From: Cyanobium sp. NIES-981
GTDB lineage: Bacteria; Bacteroidota; Bacteroidia; Cytophagales; Spirosomataceae
Length of the DNA: 19,908 nucleotides
Assembly: GCA_943368815.1 (NCBI GenBank)
Contig: CALRLS020000033.1
Location: 1 to 19,908, forward strand
Reading direction: 5' to 3'
A program made the translations under genes and the position numbers. Numbering within the stretch: position 1 is the first letter of the stretch; each line of letters begins with the position of its first letter. Under the pieces are notes generated by a model that saw only the letters and a list, made by a program, of their open reading frames with translations, was not told the origin of the DNA and did not search any database. Below, piece after piece: positions 14,564-19,908 of the stretch.

Positions 14564-16660
14564 ATGTCAACAAAGCCCTCTATCCGTGAAGAAATTCAAT
14601 GGCGAGCTAAACTTACCTTTGGCCTGATATTTCTTATAGGCTCTTTAATAGCTGCCCAGATATTTGTTGTGCAGGTATTCCAGAAAAAGAAATGGATGAA
14701 TAAGGTTGCAAAAGTGCAACGCAAACCTATGCAGATAAAAGCCACAAGAGGCAATATTTATGCAACCGATGGCAGTAGCTTATTGGCTACATCTGTACCC
14801 CGTTATCGGGTGGGACTGGATGTATCCAGAGCCAAGCCCAAATATCTTAAAGACAGTTTAGATAAACTGACCCACTTGTTATCTGATTTTTTTCAGGATC
14901 GCTCAGCAGCTCAATACAAAGAATTGATTATGACTGCCCGTAAAGGCGGCAAAGTAAGATTTGTAGCCTTTGGTGACCGTCTGATTGATTTTCAGGAAAT
15001 GGAACAAATCAAAGCATTCCCATTTTTCCGTGAAGGGCCTATGAAAGGCGGCGGTAAATTCGAACAACTGAATCGTAGGGTAATGCCTTTTGACGATATG
15101 GCTTTGCGCTCTATCGGCAAGCTTGATCGTGATACACAGACCAAAGGAGACTTCGGTATTGAATTCAGTTTCAATAATTATCTGGCCGGACGAGACGGTG
15201 TTGGCCTTTTCCAGCGCTTAGCCGGAGGAGTCTGGAAACCGATAGAAGATACCCCGGAGGTGCGCCCGGAAGCAGGTCAGGATGTAGTGACAACCATTGA
15301 TGTTAATTTTCAGGATATTGTTGAGAGTTCTCTTCATAACCAGGTAGTAAGCACCAATGCCAAATATGGTTCTGCAATAGTGATGGAAGTAGCCACAGGG
15401 CAGATTAAGGCCATTACTAATCTTTCACGCAGAACAAAAAACGACCAGACTTATTATATCGAAGATTTCAATTATGCTGTAAAAGGAGGCACTGACCCGG
15501 GTTCTACATTCAAACTAGCGAGTATGGTGGCTATTCTGGAAAAAAGCAAATTAGGCTTAAATGATTTTGCGGCAACCTGCAATGGCTTCATCATGCATAA
15601 TAATATAGAAATGAAATGTTCGGAAGAACATGGCAACCAGACGGTCAGACAGGTATTTGAGCATTCATGTAATGTAGGTATCTATGCCTTGGTCAAAAAT
15701 TACTTTGGCTTCTCCAAAGCGGATAATTTTGTAGCTTATCTGAAAAATTTCAAATTAGACCAACCTGTAGGTTTTCAATTGAAAGGCGAAACCAAGCCAC
15801 TCATTATAGACGGCAAAAGTTCTACTTTCAGTTCTACAACCGTACCCTGGATGTCGATTGGTTATGAAAGCCGCCTGACACCTTTGCAAATGCTTACCTT
15901 CTACAATGCCATTGCCAACAAAGGGCATTGGGTACAGCCTTTTATTGTGAAAGAAATCCGTGAGGCTGACAGGGTGGTAGAGAAGTTTGAAGGCCGAAAA
16001 GAGGATGGTCAGATATGCTCAGACCGTACCATCAAAATGGTTCATGAAATGATGAAAGGTGTAGTTGAAAACGGTACCGCCAAAAATATCAATACGGGCT
16101 TCTGCAAAGTAGCCGGAAAAACAGGTACATCTCAGAAAAGAGAAAATGGCTATGTTCAGGGGCAATATTATACTGCCTTTATTGGTTTCTTCCCGGCTGA
16201 TAACCCTAAGTATAGTTGTGCTGTGATTATTGATGAACCTCAAGGTACTAACCTCTATGCCCGTGATGTGGCCGCTCCGGTATTCCGTACAATTGCTGAT
16301 AAAATATTTGCTTATGATGTGGCTATTCACCCTGCAAAAAACAAGAACAGCAATGTGCAGAAAATTGAAAGCCATGAGCAAAGCGGCTATGCCGAAGATT
16401 TCAGGTCAGTGGGCGAAACTTTAGGTTTATTAAATGTACCTGGCAATGCCGGATGGGCAAAAGCAGTTAAAAATGGCAATAGCGTTGCCTGGCGCAAAGT
16501 AAATGAAACGACTGACCTACCTAATGTAGAAGGCATGACCCTGCGTGATGCGATATACTTATTAGAGAACAAAGGCTATAAAGTGAAATATTCCGGCATA
16601 GGGAAAGTGGCAGAATATGCTTTAGTGCAACCGAAGACAATTTCATTGGTATTGCAGTAG
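14564..16660 (+). CDS. ftsI: Class B penicillin-binding protein (FtsI/PBP3-like transpeptidase) with C-terminal PASTA-like domain
   Basis: 698 aa with an N-terminal TM anchor. SxxK is STFK, SxN is SCN, and KTG is KTGTS. The C-terminal ~60 aa (LPNVEGMTLRDAIYLLENKGYKVKYSG) is PASTA-like. Confidence 0.85.
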   Translation: MSTKPSIREEIQWRAKLTFGLIFLIGSLIAAQIFVVQVFQKKKWMNKVAKVQRKPMQIKATRGNIYATDGSSLLATSVPRYRVGLDVSRAKPKYLKDSLDKLTHLLSDFFQDRSAAQYKELIMTARKGGKVRFVAFGDRLIDFQEMEQIKAFPFFREGPMKGGGKFEQLNRRVMPFDDMALRSIGKLDRDTQTKGDFGIEFSFNNYLAGRDGVGLFQRLAGGVWKPIEDTPEVRPEAGQDVVTTIDVNFQDIVESSLHNQVVSTNAKYGSAIVMEVATGQIKAITNLSRRTKNDQTYYIEDFNYAVKGGTDPGSTFKLASMVAILEKSKLGLNDFAATCNGFIMHNNIEMKCSEEHGNQTVRQVFEHSCNVGIYALVKNYFGFSKADNFVAYLKNFKLDQPVGFQLKGETKPLIIDGKSSTFSSTTVPWMSIGYESRLTPLQMLTFYNAIANKGHWVQPFIVKEIREADRVVEKFEGRKEDGQICSDRTIKMVHEMMKGVVENGTAKNINTGFCKVAGKTGTSQKRENGYVQGQYYTAFIGFFPADNPKYSCAVIIDEPQGTNLYARDVAAPVFRTIADKIFAYDVAIHPAKNKNSNVQKIESHEQSGYAEDFRSVGETLGLLNVPGNAGWAKAVKNGNSVAWRKVNETTDLPNVEGMTLRDAIYLLENKGYKVKYSGIGKVAEYALVQPKTISLVLQ

Positions 16661-16670
16661 CAGGAATCGG

Positions 16671-16772
16671 GGCCTTCGACTACGCTCACACCGATTTGTA
16701 AGACATTTGTTTTTCTCAATAAATACAGGCTTTAATTCTTTTAGCTCCTGCGCCTGAGCGCAGTCGAAGGCC
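16671..16772. repeat. GC-rich 18-nt inverted repeat pair (REP-like) between convergent genes
   Basis: GGCCTTCGACTACGCTCA (16671-16688) against TGAGCGCAGTCGAAGGCC (16755-16772): 17 of 18 positions complementary. The arms are separated by a 66-nt AT-rich spacer. Confidence 0.8.
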
Positions 16773-16803
16773 AGTACCAAAGCCATACGTACAAAGCCGA
16801 CAA

Positions 16804-17787
16804 TTACGCCAATTGTGGGTTTTGTACTATCTTCTGCACAATCTTCTCAGCATGTATCCGTGAGTTTTCGATGAATAAACTATGCGTATCCATACCTCCG
16901 CAAATCACGCCTGCCAGGTACACATTCTTTAAATTGGTTTCCATCGTATCATCATTATACTCCGGCTTCATAATTTCGTCTTCAGATAGATTAATACCTA
17001 TCTTTTTCAAGAATGCCAGATTCGGCTGATAGCCTGTCATCGAAATCACCCATTCATTTTCAATTGTCTCTATTCCCTCGGGGGTCTGTATATCTACTTC
17101 ATTTTCTCGTATCTCCACAATTTCAGCATTAAAAAAAGCCTTGATAGAGCCTTCCTTGATTCTGTTCTCAATATCAGGTTTAGCCCAGTATTTGACACGT
17201 TTCCCTACCTCTCCTTTTCTGATTACCATCGTTACATCTGCTCCTTTTCGCCAGGTCTCTAAAGCGGCATCTACTGCCGAATTATTGGCACCCACTACCA
17301 ATACTTTCTGGAACGCATAAAAATGCGGGTCTTTATAATAGTGTGTTACTTTAGACAGGTCTTCACCTTTGACCCCCAGTTTTTGCGGAATATCATAAAA
17401 GCCCGAAGCAATAATGATATGGTCGGTTTCATAAGTATTCTTTCTACTTATTATTTCATATCCCCCCCTATCTGTCGGCATTACCTGCAATACCTCTTCA
17501 AAAAGCCTGATTTGCAAATGCTTATGTGCTGCTACCCTGCGATAATACTCCAAAGCCTCACTACGGGTCGGCTTGGCGTTGTTTGATACAAATGGCACCT
17601 CTCCTATTTCCAGCCTTTCAGAAGTACTGAAAAATGTCATGTTTGCCGGATAATTATATAATGAATTAACCAGACAGCCTTTTTCTAAAATCAGGTATTT
17701 TAAGCCCGCTTTCTGAGCTTCTAAACCGCAGGCAAGCCCTATGGGTCCGCCACCTATAATAATTACATCTAACTTTTCCGGATTCAT
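16804..17787 (-). CDS. ypdA: YpdA-family FAD/NADPH-dependent bacillithiol disulfide reductase
   Basis: 327 aa. FAD loop is VIIIGGGPIGLACG. NSLYNYPANMTFFSTSERLEIG, MTGYQPN and FIENSRIHAEKI are collinear with Bacillus YpdA as I recall it. Confidence 0.85.
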   Translation of the reverse strand: MNPEKLDVIIIGGGPIGLACGLEAQKAGLKYLILEKGCLVNSLYNYPANMTFFSTSERLEIGEVPFVSNNAKPTRSEALEYYRRVAAHKHLQIRLFEEVLQVMPTDRGGYEIISRKNTYETDHIIIASGFYDIPQKLGVKGEDLSKVTHYYKDPHFYAFQKVLVVGANNSAVDAALETWRKGADVTMVIRKGEVGKRVKYWAKPDIENRIKEGSIKAFFNAEIVEIRENEVDIQTPEGIETIENEWVISMTGYQPNLAFLKKIGINLSEDEIMKPEYNDDTMETNLKNVYLAGVICGGMDTHSLFIENSRIHAEKIVQKIVQNPQLA

Positions 17788-18028
17788 TGATTGTATGAGT
17801 ATATGTATACTACCTGATTGTTTAACAAAGTTTTAATTAAAAATCGTTCTTTTGATTAATAAGTATGCTAATTTTGAATGTATTTTCGTTAGTTTGGCAC
17901 AGATTATAATCGTCTGAAAGTGCATTCAACAGAAATGGAACGAACAACTAACCATTTGCGTTTGCAAAACAGGATATTTTATGGCTAAATAACCTATACA
18001 TTATCTTTAAAATTTATTCAATTTTCTA

Positions 18029-19363
18029 ATGGCAGTATTAACAATGATTGGGCAACTTTTGCTTGCCTTAACGATTCTGGTTGGTTTACATGAGTTCGGA
18101 CACTTTATATTTGCCCGTATTTTTGGTATCAAGGTAAATAAATTCTATATATTCTTTGACTTCCTCTTCCCATTACCTAATGTCTTAAATTTTGCTTTGT
18201 GGAAAAAGAAAGTTGGTGATACTGAATATGGTTTAGGTTGGTTCCCTTTAGGTGGTTATGTAGATATTGCTGGTATGATTGATGAAACCAAAGACGCTTC
18301 TCAACTTTCTGCAGTACCTGAGCCTCATGAATTCCGTTCAAAACCAGCCTGGCAACGCTTATTTGTTATGCTAGGTGGTATTATTGTCAATGTTATACTG
18401 GGTGTGCTGATATTCTGGGGTGTGAAGTTTGTGTGGGGCGACGAATATTATTCAAAAGCAGAAGTAAACAAAGCAGGTATCTATGCTTATCCACTAGCAC
18501 AGGAAATCGGATTAAAAAACGGAGACAAAATTCTTAAAGTCAACGATACAGACTATGCCGATTTTGGTGAAGTACGTGCGGCATTGATGCAGGAAAATAC
18601 TGAGTTTACTATTGAAAGAGCCGGAGAAATCAAACAAATACCAGTACCGAACGACTTAATTGACAAGGTTGCTACTAAAGTGCCTTTCATGGAGCCTATT
18701 ATGCCCTTTAAAGTAGGAGAAGTAACGAAAGATTCGCCTGCAGAGAAAGCCGGATTGAAAGAAGGTGATAAAATCATAAAAATTGATAGCACTCCGGTTG
18801 CCTATTTTCAACAATTTCAGCATGAGTTGGAGAAATTCAAGAATAAAAAAGTTGAGTTACTAGTTGAAAGAGGAGGCAAGCAGGTGAAACTTTACCCTGT
18901 CATTTCAGACGATTCTAAACTGGGTTTCAGAGCGCATTCAGAACTTGTATCAAGTACACAAAAATATAATTTAGGTGAAGCCTTTGGTGTAGGCGCTAAA
19001 GAAGCGCTATCGGTTATTCCTAACCAGATTAAAGGTTTCGGTCGTATCTTTAAAGGACATATTTCAGCAGGTAATGCTGTTAGTGGCCCGGTAGGATTAG
19101 CACAATGGTTTGGCGGCTATTGGGACTGGGAAAGATTCTGGGGCTTAACGGGTCTGCTTTCGATGGGCTTAGCGTTCATGAATGCACTTCCGATTCCGGC
19201 TCTTGATGGAGGACATGTAATCGTTTTATTATATGAAATGATTACACGTCGTAAACCATCAGAGAAATTTATGGAGCGTACACAACAAGTGGGTACATTC
19301 ATTTTATTAACCCTGATGGTATTGGTACTGTTCAACGATACTTTCAAGGCATTGTTTAGATAA
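18029..19363 (+). CDS. rseP: RIP site-2 zinc metalloprotease RseP
   Basis: 444 aa. HEFGHF (HExxH) in the first TM. PDZ-like segments (GLKNGDKILKVND and GLKEGDKIIKIDS). NALPIPALDGGH (LDG motif) in the C-terminal membrane region. Confidence 0.9.
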   Translation: MAVLTMIGQLLLALTILVGLHEFGHFIFARIFGIKVNKFYIFFDFLFPLPNVLNFALWKKKVGDTEYGLGWFPLGGYVDIAGMIDETKDASQLSAVPEPHEFRSKPAWQRLFVMLGGIIVNVILGVLIFWGVKFVWGDEYYSKAEVNKAGIYAYPLAQEIGLKNGDKILKVNDTDYADFGEVRAALMQENTEFTIERAGEIKQIPVPNDLIDKVATKVPFMEPIMPFKVGEVTKDSPAEKAGLKEGDKIIKIDSTPVAYFQQFQHELEKFKNKKVELLVERGGKQVKLYPVISDDSKLGFRAHSELVSSTQKYNLGEAFGVGAKEALSVIPNQIKGFGRIFKGHISAGNAVSGPVGLAQWFGGYWDWERFWGLTGLLSMGLAFMNALPIPALDGGHVIVLLYEMITRRKPSEKFMERTQQVGTFILLTLMVLVLFNDTFKALFR

Positions 19364-19370
19364 TATTTTA

Positions 19371-19410
19371 TCGGGGTAGAGTGGTATGCTGCTTTACCCC
19401 GATTCTTTGT
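19371..19410 (+). terminator. Intrinsic terminator after rseP
   Basis: TCGGGGTA (19371-19378) pairs with TACCCCGA (19395-19402) and is extensible with wobble pairs. Followed by TTCTTTGT. Confidence 0.6.
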
Positions 19411-19425
19411 ATATAATTTGATAGA

Positions 19426-19908
19426 ATGCAATTCTTACACTTCATACTCCTTACATTATTCATTTTCCCGTCGCAACCTCAGAACTCAGGGAATCCGAAG
19501 GTAATGCATGCTTTTCATACATCGCTTACCGAAATACAATACAATGCCAAAGAGCATTCGCTTGAAATAACCATCCGTCTGTTTACCGATGATTTAGAAA
19601 GTGCACTGACCAAACTCAATAACGGGCAAAAAGTAATGATTGGGGGTAAAAATGATAATAGTACTGCTGTACTGAATAAATATATCCAACAACATTTTGC
19701 GATTATTACACCCCAGAAGCAAAAGAAAGCACTTAATATTTTAGGTAAAGAAATAGAAGGAGATGCTACCTGGGTATATGTTGAAGTACCTGAAAGTGCG
19801 ATTGTAAAAGACCATATCATCTACAATGACCTGATGCAGGAATTGTTTGACGACCAGACCAATCTGGTCAATTTCTTCTATGCCGGTAATAAGAAAACCT
19901 TTCTTTTC
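19426..19908 (+). CDS. DUF6702-family protein with signal peptide (3' end beyond the window)
   Basis: Not in the ORF track because no stop is reached. My own translation from the ATG at 19426: MQFLHFILLTLFIFPSQPQNSGNPKVMHAFHTSLTEIQYNAKEHSLEITIRLFTDDLESAL... The HAFHTSLTEI.YN....LEI..R.F.DDLE pattern matches my memory of DUF6702. The frame is open through 19908. Confidence 0.65.
   Translation, partial: MQFLHFILLTLFIFPSQPQNSGNPKVMHAFHTSLTEIQYNAKEHSLEITIRLFTDDLESALTKLNNGQKVMIGGKNDNSTAVLNKYIQQHFAIITPQKQKKALNILGKEIEGDATWVYVEVPESAIVKDHIIYNDLMQELFDDQTNLVNFFYAGNKKTFLF

Noticed and set aside
16019-16381. 120-aa minus-strand ORF inside the PBP gene (also 14992-15174 and 16387-16572)
   Set aside because: These are antisense to a CDS carrying all three PBP active-site motifs, and they show no motif of their own.
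17895-17909. TGGCAC, reminiscent of a sigma-54 -24 element, upstream of rseP
   Set aside because: The required -12 element (TTGCW after a 5-nt spacer) is absent; the sequence reads AGATTATAA. This is most likely a chance hexamer.
17935-17988. 17-codon mini-ORF (MERTTNHLRLQNRIFYG) in the ypdA/rseP divergent region
   Set aside because: It is too short to evaluate, has no ribosome-binding or conservation evidence available, and has no leader-peptide-like codon bias.
19117-19820. Minus-strand ORFs of 104 aa (19117-19431) and 101 aa (19515-19820)
   Set aside because: They overlap rseP and the plus-strand DUF6702 reading frame, both of which have recognisable family signatures. The first also runs through the rseP terminator.
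1-19908. Scan for tRNA, rRNA, integrase, transposase or phage genes that would mark a mobile island
   Set aside because: None was recognised in any frame or intergenic region. The accessory character of 6.9-13.8 kb therefore rests only on gene content and context.

Overview
Chromosomal segment with Bacteroidota hallmarks. Genes lack Shine-Dalgarno sequences, TTTG/TAnnTTTG promoter boxes are present, and there is a Bacteroidota-type FtsL-like protein and a DUF6702 gene. The taxonomic call is inference only. Left third (1-6.8 kb) is a branched-chain amino-acid operon: ilvD (5' truncated), an inserted FkbM-family methyltransferase, ilvB, a 124-nt palindromic GAGTGATT-repeat element, ilvN, ilvC, a strong intrinsic terminator, then ilvA. 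Middle (6.9-13.8 kb) is a tightly packed co-directional accessory cluster. It encodes a large GT-C-like polytopic membrane protein, a WbqC-family protein, a NeuD/PglD-type hexapeptide acyltransferase and a Trm112-like/SAM methyltransferase. It continues with an embedded MntA/HepT type VII toxin-antitoxin pair, a signal-peptide-less beta-propeller glycosidase-like protein and a PhyH-family Fe(II)/2OG dioxygenase. Right part (14.1-19.9 kb) holds an FtsL-like protein plus a class B PBP (FtsI-like, PASTA tail) without the usual dcw neighbours. These are followed by a GC-rich 18-nt inverted repeat, convergent ypdA (bacillithiol disulfide reductase family), divergent rseP, a terminator and a 3'-truncated DUF6702 gene. 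I saw no rRNA, tRNA, CRISPR array, transposase or integrase. The best candidate for an undescribed system is the 6.9-13.8 kb envelope-glycan tailoring/transfer cluster, whose gene content matches no canonical O-antigen/CPS/Arn/Gtr layout. All family assignments come from motif recognition by eye; no database search was possible.
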